Below, in pieces: positions 1 to 10,895 of a stretch of DNA of 64,000 nucleotides. Source of the stretch: the human T2T-CHM13v2.0 reference genome, Homo sapiens. The stretch lies in NCBI RefSeq assembly GCF_009914755.1, contig NC_060933.1. One strand, given 5' to 3'. How positions within the stretch are numbered: the first letter of the stretch is position 1; every line of letters begins with the position of its first letter. The notes beneath the pieces are model-generated. The model did no database searches. It was not told the origin of the DNA and saw only the letters and a list, made by a program, of their open reading frames with translations. Position numbers and translations under genes: made by a program.

Positions 1-152
1 CTTTACCAAAAATACAAAATTAGCCCGGCAGGGTGGCGCATGCCTGTAGTCCCAGCTACTCCGGAGGCTGAGGCAGGAGAATTGCTTGAACCCAGGAGGT
101 GGAGGTTGCGGTGCGCAAAACTCCATCTCAAAAAAAAAAAAACAAAAAAAAA
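1..152 (+). mobile_element. AluS (linker plus right arm, cut by the window edge, with an internal deletion)
   Basis: TACAAAATTAGCCCGG...GAGGCTGAGGCAGGAGAATTGCTTGAACCC followed by poly-A. Confidence 0.93.
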
Positions 153-408
153 CAGAGGACCATCAAGTCCTCAGGGGTTGCAGCAATGGCTTCCTCCAGT
201 CACCAGAGGGCTCTAGAGGGAGGAATAACCTATTTCTAAATCAGTCCTCATCTCTGCACACCAAGCTTAAAGTCTGAAAATTACAAGAGATTATTTTTCA
301 CACATAGTTTTACAAACAAATATGGCTCCTGATAACTTAAAATTATCTACAGAGGCAGGAGAGTGAAGTAGAAATTGATTCCATACCTGGTCTGCCATGT
401 GTTTAGAA

Positions 409-620
409 CAGGAGTCAGCAAGCTAGGACCCATAGGCCAAATGTGGCCTGCCACCTGTGTTGTCAATAAAGTTTTATTGAATCATGGCCCACTCATTTAA
501 GAATTGTCTATATCTGCTTTTGCTTTACCAATACAGAGCTGAGTCACTGCACTAGAGACCGTATGACCCAGAAAGCCAAAAATATTTAACTAGCCCTTAC
601 CTAGAAGAATCATTCGGCTC
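409..620. mobile_element. MER58A-like hAT-Charlie DNA transposon
   Basis: CAGGAGTCAGCAAGCT...GGCCAAATGTGGCCTGCCACCTG...AATAAAGTTTTATTG resembles the MER58 consensus. Confidence 0.75.
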
Positions 621-714
621 AGTGGGTTATGTAAGTGACACATCTCCATATCATCTAGTTCACATGATATTAAAAGGCCCAAAGATGCCTGTATAAAAAT
701 CTTTCTAAATGCAA

Positions 715-1588
715 CTCTATTAGCTAGAATGACCAAAATCCAGAACACTAACAACACCAAATGTTGGCAAGGATGTGGAGCAACAGGAACTCTCATTCCC
801 TGCTGGTGGGAATGCGAAATGCTACAGCCACTTTGGAAAATAGTGTGGTGGTTTCTTATAAAACTAAACATACTCTTACCATATGATAGAGCAATCATGG
901 TGTTTGGTATTTACCCAAATGAGTTGAAAACTTATGTCTACACAAAAACCTACACACAGTTATTTATAGCAGCCTTATTCATAATTGCTCAAACTTGGAA
1001 GCAACCAAGATGTCTTTCAGCAGGTAAATGGATAAATTATGATACATACAGACAATGGAATATTATTTTATGCCAAAAGGAAATGAGCTCTTAAACCAAG
1101 AAAAGACATGGAGGAAACTTAAATGCATATTACTGAGTGAAAGAAGCCAATCTGAAAAGACTACACATTGTATGATTCCAACTATGACATTCTGGGTAAG
1201 GCAAAAGCTATAGAGACAGTAAAAAGATCAGTGGTTGCCAGGGGTTAGGGGAGAAGGAGGGATGATTTTTAGGACAGAGAAACTACTCTGTATGATACTA
1301 TAATGGTATTGGTATTGCAATGGAATGATACTATACATTCATCAAACCCATAGAGTGTACACCAAGAGTGAACTCTAATGTAAACTATCAACTATGAGTG
1401 ATTATAATGTATCAATGTAGGCTCATCGGTTGTAATACATGTACCACTCTAGGAAGGATATTGATAATGAGGGAGGCTATGCATGTGTGGGAAAGGGGTA
1501 TAGAGGAAATCTCTGTGCCTTCCTTTCAATTTTGCTGTAAACCTAAACATCTCTTTTAAAAAATAAAGTCTATTAAAAAAAGAAAAAC
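715..1588 (+). mobile_element. L1MC/L1MB-type LINE-1 3' fragment
   Basis: ORF2 C-terminal remnant (KCWQGC..GTL..CWWEC..QPLWK in ORF 729..1094), L1M 3'UTR and A-rich tail. Confidence 0.9.
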
Positions 1589-1609
1589 AACTCTATTAGT
1601 CAATGAGTT

Positions 1610-1975
1610 GTGAGGGCCATTAAGGGCTGGGTGCCCACTGTTTCCAGCTCCTATTACCTTCTGAACACCATAGAATTGCATTTCCTTGATCCTGGGTAAG
1701 ATCTTGGGATGAGTCCTGATCAGAGAGTTGTAAGCAGAAGTGCTATGAATCACTTCCGAAATGAAGCATGACCTTCCAGGGCTCTTTTCCTTGTGGCTCA
1801 ACATCTGGCAAATTCAAGTTTCTGACTTCCCTGAGTGACAATGGTGGGCGGAGCCCCCCAGCTGGCCTCTGGTGGGCACAGAGCAGAGTCAAGAAGAAGC
1901 CTTTCTTGCTCTAAGCCACTGAGCATTGGGTGTTTGTTTCCTCAGCAAAATCTAACTGATCTTGACTGAAATAGA
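1610..1975 (+). mobile_element. Old MaLR LTR (MLT1J/K-like)
   Basis: The 3' end TAAGCCACTGAGCATTGGGTGTTTGTTTCCTCAGCAAAATCTAACTGATCTTGACTGAAATA resembles the MLT1I-K terminus. The 5' boundary is uncertain. Confidence 0.7.
1658..1671 (-). CDS. FRMD3: Coding part of a putative alternative first exon of a short FRMD3 isoform: MVFR(R); 5' extent unknown
   Basis: ATG GTG TTC AGA AG|GTAATA ends in the same phase 2 and same AG as exon 6, so it can replace exons 1-6. It agrees with my unverified recollection of a curated isoform with KNEL replaced by MVFR. Confidence 0.7.
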
Positions 1976-2168
1976 GATGATCGATAACTATAACATGCTA
2001 CTATATTTGCAAGACTGTTGCTTCTCCCTATCCTCCAGTACAGTGAAGGACTCAGAAGAAGAAACATTGATCCAAGCATGAACTTTTACCTTCAGTCATC
2101 AATCTAATTTAGTTCATGAAAATTCTTCTTAAAATCTTGGTCTTCTTAAAACTCCAAGGAAGAGTCAG

Positions 2169-2169
<1 letters not shown>

Positions 2170-2203
<34 letters not shown>
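2170..2203. repeat. (CT)n microsatellite
   Basis: Seen directly. Confidence 0.95.
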
Positions 2204-2206
<3 letters not shown>

Positions 2207-3574
2207 CCCACCATCCCCCAAAGAACTCTGTTATTCTTGCCTATCTATCAGGCCATCTTGGTCCCACCTTCAAGCAGTCTGTAGCCTCCCAGAGAGGAAA
2301 TTTCTTTTTTCTCTCTCATTAATTTTCTGCCAAGAATGGTGACTTTTTTTCCTCTCTCAGAGATCACAGGAGCAGAATAATCCTAATCAATAAAAAGGCT
2401 GGGAGAAGGTTGTGAAACCACCCCCTCCTGAGGTAAACATGTTGATCTCCCTGTAAATCATCATTTCTGCTAATATTTGAGCACCTGTTGTGTTTTATTT
2501 CTCAGCTGATTCAGAAAGCAGGAAGGAAGAAGGAGGTTATTTATTGGGTCCCTCAAACCCCAACAAAAGCCAACTGGAATCCTCTCAGGAAGTCTTCAGA
2601 ACAGCAGTTCGATGGCCACACACCATCCCTAGCTAAGTGGGAGGGTCACGGGTGTTGTGGTGACTCTGGAGAGCAGGATGGCCATGGTTTGGTGCAGCCA
2701 AGCACAGGTCTTCTCCATCCATGACTCCTTCCTGGCTTGGTCAGGTTTGCAGAGTAATTCAACCAAGGCCCAATTCCTTACACAAGACAGATAACACTTT
2801 CTTGACCTGTGTATGAAGGGGTGGTGGCACCCCCAGAGCACCTTCAGTCCCTGTAGCAGGTTTCCCAACAGACGCAAGAAAGCTCCTCTCCCTCTGCACT
2901 GTCAGCCTCTTCTGCTCTTCTTGTCTTACCCTCCAAACCAAAAGTATCTCTCTGCTGCACTGATGCTGAATGAAATACAGAACTACTTAGAATGAGCAAA
3001 AATACACAGGGAAATAGCCCCTGAAGCTGTCCTTGCAAGGTGATATGATTCCTGACAGGTTCATCCTTCAGGCATACAACTCCCAACTCTTCACAAAGGC
3101 TTAATGGATGTTTCAAATGTGCAGGACCACATGTGCCATAGAATGGCAGCTTTGATCAAACCACAGAACTTACTTCCAAGATTTATAAAGTGTGACTGAC
3201 TGATGACCCCCGTCTTCCCTGAGTGCATGATGACCACTTTCAGTGATCTCCACAAGCTCAGGTGCTGGCCCAGGGTCCAAGCTACAGCTTTCTGAATGTT
3301 AATAAAACAACTTGGAATCTTCTGTGATTCACTCATTTTCTCATGAAATTGTGGATCACCAAGTCTGGCTGCAATGCCTCTCATGACTCTCTTCTTTCAA
3401 TTTCCTTTACTCCTATTCTTTTTCAGGTCCTTCCCGTTTCTTGTCTGAATACCAGAAATTACTAACTGGCCCTCCTGCCCTGGTTCTCCATCCTCAGGCA
3501 CCGCTGACATGGTGATCACCGTGAAACACCTACCCGACTACCTGATTCCCTTTAAACGCTCAACAAAGGGAGAA

Positions 3575-3810
3575 GAGCATGGGCATACCTTGAGCCAGGT
3601 AACCCAAGGTTCAAGTCCTGACTCCACTATTTACAAAGCACAAGTCCTTTAACCACTTCAGCTTGTACTTTCCTCATCCCACACTAGAAAGAACAATAGC
3701 GCCCATCTAATAGAGTTTGGGAGAACTGAGTGGGATAATGCACTTAAAGCTCTTAGCACAATGTTTTGGCATCTAGTAAGTAAATGCTCAATAAGTGTAT
3801 ATTATTATCC
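3575..3810 (+). mobile_element. MIR
   Basis: GGTTCAAGTCCTGACTCCACTATTTAC...TAAATGCTCAATAAGTG. Confidence 0.75.
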
Positions 3811-4227
3811 TATGTTCTGAGCATTAGAGGCCCTGCAAATTCAGGGCATAGAAAACCTTTCCATTCCCATCTCCTATCAATTCAAACAGTGGGTGCAACT
3901 CCTTCATCCAGGGATTCTCACCCTGTGCTCCCCGGAACACTGCTCTGCCACAAACCCCTCCACAAAAATATCGAACTTTATTTCTACCTCTAGTACATTT
4001 GTCTCCAAAATAGCAAAAGAGTAGTGAGAATTTCATGTATCTTCAACAAGGCTTTTCATTAGGAGACAATACTCTAAAATTACCCACATAGATGGCATGT
4101 TGCTTTCTGAAAGTAGTACAATGTTTTGATGTCTAATCATCTTTATCTCTAAGACTAAGCGTCATATTTTCCCAGCTGAAATAAGCTGCCACCTTGAATG
4201 CCCTCACATATACTCTTCCCAGACTCA

Positions 4228-4241
4228 CCAGTAGGGGGCGC
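4228..4241 (+). promoter_or_regulatory. Consensus CTCF core motif
   Basis: CCAGTAGGGGGCGC matches CCASYAGRKGGCRS at every position and retains CpG in a CpG-poor region. Confidence 0.7.
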
Positions 4242-4564
4242 GCCTGCATAAAGGAGGGAGCTAGAACAATTTCCTCACACCGGGACAGTTGTCTGTTCCA
4301 GAATGCATAATCCAATGATGCAATTTTCTTTATACTTACCAGAGGCCTAGAACATGGAAGCATCTCAGTTCTTGCAGTTTTTCATCAACACTTGTCATAA
4401 CACTGCCCATGCTTGCTATTACCAAAATGATTTTTTTTCTGTAGTTTGCACAGTATCTAAATTCTAGCTACAGACTAGACTACTTGAATTACCTAAATTC
4501 CAAGTTGGCAATGATCCCTACACACACTTCATTTGATTCCCAGCAGCCCATGTAGAGTGTAACC

Positions 4565-4810
4565 ATCACACAGGGCATAAAGGCACAGACTCTAGACCAA
4601 GACTGCCAGAATTCAAATCCCAGCTCTGATACTTACTAGCTGCGTGACCTTGGGTAGGTTGTTTAACCTCTCTGTGCCTCGGTTCCCTCATCTGTAATAT
4701 GAGAATAACAATAACCTATCTCCTAGGTTGTTGTGAAGATTAAATGAGTTAATATGTGCAAAGTGCTTAGAACAGTGTTAGGAACGTGGTGAATGCTCTA
4801 TGCAATTTTG
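4565..4810 (+). mobile_element. MIR
   Basis: MIR core TTCAAATCCCAGCTCTG..ACTTACTAGCTGCGTGACCTTGGG..CCTCATCTGTAA. Confidence 0.9.
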
Positions 4811-5319
4811 CTTCTACCACTGCTACTGTGCAGCTATCATTGAAGCATCGCAGGTGAGAAAAAGAGGATCAGACACTAAATCTGTCATCTTGAAAGTAGC
4901 TCAGCAAAGGGAATCTTCCCAATGGATTCTATTCTACTTGGAGTCAATGCTTCCAGCTATGGCCACCGGTGGGAAAAAGACAACACAAAATTCAAATCAG
5001 AAAGGTTTACTTATTTACCTTAGATTCCACTTTCAGAAGCTCAGGGTGTTTAGAAATCCATATGTGTAAGAAAATACATGGATCTAATAACTACTGATGG
5101 ATCATAAACAGCCACTCATAGGACTCCAAACTGTTGAGATTGTTATTGACGGAGGACACCAGGGTGTCCTTGACAGTGCCCAGAAAAATTGCGCTGCCAC
5201 GCAAAACAGCCTATCCATACATTACAAATATTCCTCCTTCACGATGTGATTTCCACATTCCCTGCAGTAAGAATATTTTCTCCCCTTTATCATTTTCACA
5301 AATGTCTACTCAGTAATTA

Positions 5320-5595
<276 letters not shown>

Positions 5596-5699
5596 CTAGA
5601 GGCTCATATTCCAGTTCAGATCGAGCTGTGTGAGCTTGGGATCTTGAGAATCTTCTCTGGGTCTCGCCTTCTTTATCAGTATAATAAAGGATTTAAATT

Positions 5700-6230
5700 A
5701 CTGTTTTTCAGTGGGGACACCATTGGCATTTTGAGGGCTGAACAATTTTATTATTTCAGATTTTCTAAGGAACTGTAGGACATTTAGTAGCTCTACCCTT
5801 CAGGTACTAGATGCTAGCAGCATACCCAGGCACTGTGACCATCAAAACTGCTCTCTCCCAGAAGTTAGTCAAAGAATACAGGATTTCAGTTAGATAGAAG
5901 GAATACATTCAAGAGAGCATTGTACAACATGGAGACTATAATTAGAAACAACGTATTGTATACTTAAAAATCCCTGAGAGGGTAGCTTTTAATTGTTCTC
6001 ACCACCAAAACAAATGATAAGTATATGAGGTAATGTATATGTAAAGCTCGGTTTAGCCATTCCACAATGCATACATATTTCAAAACATCAGGTTGTATAC
6101 CATAAATATATATAATGTTTATTGATTTAAAATGTTTTACATTTTTTAAAAATTTAATGCCCCCGCCCCAGTATTTCCAAATGCTCCCCAGGATAGGAGG
6201 TGGTACCACCTTTAGATGGAAACCAGTGGA
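5700..6230. mobile_element. MER20-like DNA element interrupted by an L1MA 3' end (~5860-6135, +)
   Basis: MER20-like halves (CTAGATGCTAGCAGCA...TGTGACCATCAAAAC and TTTCCAAATGCTCCCC) flank the L1MA 3'UTR AAAGAATACAGGATTTCAGTTAGATAGAAGGAATA. Confidence 0.65.
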
Positions 6231-6453
6231 CATTCCTCGGGGTTCCATTCACAGCTAATATTCTCTGTGTCAGGAATTCCCTGACTGGAGCTGCCTGCTC
6301 TGAGGCTTATGCAGGTGTGGCTTATTCATTGAAAAATCACTAGAAGGAACCCAGCGGGATCGCACTTAAAAACAAATTGATTGCTCTTGAAATTAAGGAG
6401 TATACATCTAAAACAGAAGAGCATACTAGATTAAAGTTGTTGCTGGAGTCTAA

Positions 6454-7162
6454 TGAGAAATAAAAATAAAATCCTAAGCCCCCCAACAGACTGAACATTG
6501 CCCCCACTTGGCCAAGAGGCCCCAGAGAACCCTTAAAAACTGAGTTCCCAGACATGATGAGGTCAGACCTCATTATACCCCCTCCCTCATTAATTGCTAT
6601 TAGGTTTCCTACACCAAGGGTTAAACAGAAACCAGCCCTTCTGAAAGACTGCACCACTGATATCAACCAATTGCCGATGCTGCCCCTCCCTTTTGTGGTT
6701 TTGACACAGTAACTGATCAGCATTCCTTCCTGGTAAGAGACCACTGACTACAAAGTGGTTCTGGCCAGTCTATGGAGGCTGTGCACAGAGGGCCTTTGTG
6801 TCCTCTGCCTCACCTTTTGTTGTATAGGCCCTAATGATAATACATTTAAATGTTAAGTCTCCACCCAAAAGTGAACATGGGATGCATGTTGCTTATGTGC
6901 TAGCCTACTATGCATGCCTGTGCCTTCCTTTTGTGACTATTCACAGCCCCTACAATAACCTGTTGAATACGTATACTTGGCCACCCCATTCAGCATAAAT
7001 CTTTGTCTTATTCTTCCCACCCTTGAAGTGCTTGTTTCCAGCTTCTGGCCAGAGTCTACGTTTCCCCACCTGTCAGAATGGCCACCCTGCAAGCTGCAAC
7101 CCTTTGTGAGAAATAAAGCTCTTCTTTCCAAATTTATGTACTTCATGATTCTTCAGCTGACA
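6454..7162 (+). mobile_element. Full-length solo ERV1 LTR (MER39-like)
   Basis: TG...CA termini, 4-bp TSD CTAA (6450-6453 and 7163-7166), AATAAA near the 3' end, and MER39-type start AAAATAAAATCCTAAGCCCCCCAAC. Confidence 0.85.
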
Positions 7163-7589
7163 CTAACAAAGGGCACCTCCAGAGGATCTTCAAGGGTAAA
7201 AAGAGAAATGCCTACACATCTCTGAGCACCCAGAAGGCCAAGCAGAGATGGGTGTGTGAACCACAGCATGGAGGGGCAAAGGTGATGTCTGGCATCAAGA
7301 ATACTTTCTATTGGTTCCACAAGCATGCTAAGGAATATGAGCCAGAAGAAGCAAGTGTCTCTGGAAGAAACAAAAGATATGGCCCAGGAGAGTAGACTAA
7401 AGATAGTGGGAAAATTGTATTAGAAGAACCTGATGACCAATATGACTTTGAAGTAGAAAAAAATTAGTATGCCTTGAGTGCATCTGAAAAATTACATCCA
7501 ACTCTGTAATTTGTATCCACTGTCCCTTCATTGTCACATCATCCAATGACTGGAAAAGTATATAACCAGGAGGAAATCAAAGCTCTTTA

Positions 7590-8560
7590 AAGCTTCTGGA
7601 CAAAATTCAAATTACAGAGTTCTTAAAACAACCTAGAACATATACCACAGCGAGGGAAGACTTCTAAAATAAGACCTAAAATACTTTCAGTCACAAAGGG
7701 GAAATTGATTAATTTGATCATACCAAAATTAAAATTTATTTCTGTTTAATAAAGGACATCAGAGTCAAAGTAATAGAGAGATGACAACTTGAAAGAACAT
7801 ATCTTCACAATCTAAAGCTGACAAGGACTAATATCTAGAATAAAGAAGAAATCCCTACATATCATTTTTTAATGGACAGGAAGACCAATAGAGAAATGGT
7901 CAAAGGATAATGAACAGACAATTCAAAGAAGGGGAAACCCTAAGGGCCAGTGTAGGGAGAGATGCTCAAACTCATGAATAATTAGAGATATGCAAACCAA
8001 AACAAGATGTTACTTTATACCTATAACATTGGCAATAAAACTAGGAAGTTGGCAGAGACACAAGAAAACAAAAATACTTGTGCACTGCTGAAGGGTGCTA
8101 GATGCATGTTGCTCCTCCAGAGAGCAAGGTGGGAGTTTTTAGTCAAATATTATGACCTAGCAATCCCATTTCTGGGCATTTTTCCTAGAAAAACTCTAGG
8201 TGCAAAAAAAGGATATGTTCAAGGTTTTTTTTATGACAGCATTAATCATAATAGTCAGAAGTTGGAGGCAACTTGGGTGTTTATTGTTAGTGGGACAGAT
8301 AGATAAGTAAAACATGGAAGACGCACCCTTTGGGACACTCTGTCACAGTTAAAATCAACAAAATAAGATGTACGTATGCAATATGGACAGATCCCAAAAG
8401 CAGTGTTCTGAGCGTAAGAAGGAGAGAATACAATGAGTTCTATAGCATCATTTAATTTATGAAATTTAGAAGTATAGACACAAAAAAACAATATTAATCA
8501 TTTTATAAGGATGGATACAAAGACAAAGATATGTATATGAACCCAGCATTGCCCTTAGGA
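7590..8560 (+). mobile_element. Old L1ME ORF2/3' fragment
   Basis: Degenerate L1 motifs CTAATATCTAGAATA, AATGAACAGACAATTC and GACCTAGCAATCCCATTTCTGGGCATTT. Confidence 0.75.
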
Positions 8561-9864
8561 GTGGAAATGGAGAATAATGGAAAAAGGGAAATCAATCAAT
8601 CAATCCATGGGCCTAAAGGGACCAATGATGAGAGGTGGGCCATAAACTGATGATTAACTCAACCTATGTTCCAAAAGAAATACACGTAACATGTCCACCT
8701 TTACACACATACACGCTTGTGCCCCTGTGAGCTAGCTACAGGCATTAATATTTAGGAGATGGACGATCCCAGTGCTTCCATTTTCCATAGGTAATTTCCA
8801 AAGGTGATGGGACAATGGACCACCAATATGAAACTGGGTCATCTTCAATGCAAATGTCAGCTTGCAGAGTGGTTGGTGAGGGAGGGCATCGTTTTTCAGG
8901 GTGCCCTTTTCTTTCCAGGAAATCTTGTGAGATATTATAGACTTGCAATGCTACACACTGCAAATGTTAGAAAAGTTAGAGAAGAAATGCTGTGAAGACT
9001 GCACCGGATTGCTGACAAGATTAACACTGTCCCCATCACAGGCCCTGCTCTGATTCCCTAAAGCTTGTCTTTAACTCTGACCTCTCCTTAAGCAGAAGGC
9101 AGGTTTTTTAAAATGAATAAAGATTTCTAGCTATTCATACCAAGAGGAGTTGGGTAAGCCGCCATGGTTCTCCCTCCTGCTCATGACTTGGAAGTTGAAG
9201 TCGTGACAAATGACATACAACTGGAGGCCCTGCGGTTTGAAACCAGCTCTAGCACTTTTCTAAAAGGATTCAATTCTAAGAGAAAAATCCAATGAGTTTG
9301 AAGTGAATGGGTGAGTAAGGTCAGAAACAGTAAGTCTAAAAAGCAACAGGCTTTCCCCTGGTTTGGAAAGGACTCATTCCAAAAGAATTTGAGATGCAGG
9401 ACCTTTAGCTCCAGGGCCAACTCCTTCAGGAGCTTTCCCTGACCCATGCTTGCTAAGTCAGGAGCCCTCCTGGGACACTCATAGCAGGGACTGGGCCTGT
9501 GTGTTCCTCCATCTAACCAACAACGCAGGGTCACAATGGCCTGTTTCCTTATCCATCTTCCCACAGGAACTTTGTATTGCCATGTGGCCCCCTAGCAACT
9601 TCTCAGGAAGTATTTGGAGAACACATGAACAAATGAATGAATGAGGTAGTGATACCATCCCAGCAGGCGGCCAACCAGTCTTTCCCATAGTTAAATGAAT
9701 CAGGCACAATCATTTAACTAAATGTTAAATGAATCAGGCACAGTCATTTAACGAAATGTTAAATTTAAACGTTAAATGGTTGTGACTAATTCAATTAACC
9801 ATGGTTAATCAGGGCAAGTTTGAAGCTTCAGTATATTCTGAGTTTATTAAAAACAGTCAATCAA

Positions 9865-9993
9865 GCCAGGTGTGGTGGTGCACACCTGTAATCCCAGTTA
9901 CTTGGGAGGCTGAGGTAGGAGGATTGCTTGAGATCAGAGTTTGAGACCACCCTGAGTAACACAGTGAGATCCTGCCTACAAAAAAATACAAAA
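9865..9993 (+). mobile_element. FLAM-type Alu monomer (left arm of the inverted duplication)
   Basis: Monomeric Alu with degenerate TSD AAAAC(A)GTCAATCA. Confidence 0.88.
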
Positions 9994-10049
9994 CCTGTCA
10001 ATCACCTGGAGTTTAGGCAAGTGCCCCGATTCATTTCAGGCAAGTGCCC

Positions 10050-10365
10050 TGATTCATTTAACATATTTAGTGGAGAACCTGCTGTGTGCCAGACACAGGA
10101 AGAGTGCTGTGAAAAAGCACCCAGATCCTACTCCCATGGAATTAGATTCTATATAAGAGGAAATGCACAATAAGCCCAAAAACAACTCAAGATCTAAGTG
10201 TTTGCAAGAAAACACAACAGGGCTCTGAGAAAGAATGACGTGCAGGAGGGAGCTGCTTTAGCTCGAGTGGTCCAGGTAGACTTACCAGAGGAAGTGACTT
10301 CGGGACTGAGTTCTGAATATCCAGCAGAAGTCAAGATTTCTACAGGGGTTGAACATACCAGGCAG
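10050..10365 (-). mobile_element. L2 3' fragment
   Basis: ATTCATTTAACATATTTAGTGGAGAACCTGCTGTGTGCCAGACAC resembles the reverse L2 terminus. Confidence 0.7.
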
Positions 10366-10567
10366 AGGAGATAAGTTGAATTCCTCTGTGGTGTTGTTTT
10401 GTAAAAGGAACAGGAAAGATATTTTTACCAAGAAAGAATATAAATAGATCCCAAGGATTCTGTGTTTGTTTTGCAATTTGTATTGTGAAAGAAAATGCAT
10501 TGCATGTCTTAAATATGCTCGTTGGATTCAGTATGTACAGGCAGCAAAACTCCAGGTGATTGAATGG

Positions 10568-10699
10568 TTTTGTATTCCTTGTGGAGACAAGGTCTTGTCT
10601 ATGTTGCCCAGGCTAGTATCAAACTCCTGGCCTCAAGAAATCCTCCTGCCTCAGCCTCCCAAGTAGCTGGAATTACAGGTGTGCACCACCACATCCAAC
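10568..10699 (-). mobile_element. FLAM-type Alu monomer (right arm of the inverted duplication)
   Basis: Reverse complement of the 9865 monomer with the same flanks. Confidence 0.88.
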
Positions 10700-10801
10700 T
10701 TGATTGACTGTTTTTTATAAACTCAGAATATACTGAAGCTTAAAACATACTCCTTGAAAGAGCATTAGCAAACAAGACGATGAGGGGCGACAGTGCCTCC
10801 T

Positions 10802-10895
10802 GATTGCTAATCACTTACTCCATCTTCCCTATTACTCTGTAAGAATAAGATTGCTAATCACTTACTCCATCTTCCCTATTACTCTGTAAGAATAA
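10802..10895. repeat. Perfect 2 x 47-bp tandem duplication
   Basis: GATTGCTAATCACTTACTCCATCTTCCCTATTACTCTGTAAGAATAA twice. Confidence 0.97.

Noticed and set aside
100-130. Alu right arm missing ~38 nt (GGTG^CGCAAAACTCC)
   Set aside because: An ordinary internal deletion with no functional sign.
9690-10895. CRISPR-like or other prokaryotic repeat array
   Set aside because: Only two-copy duplications with no regular repeat-spacer period, in a clearly primate intron.
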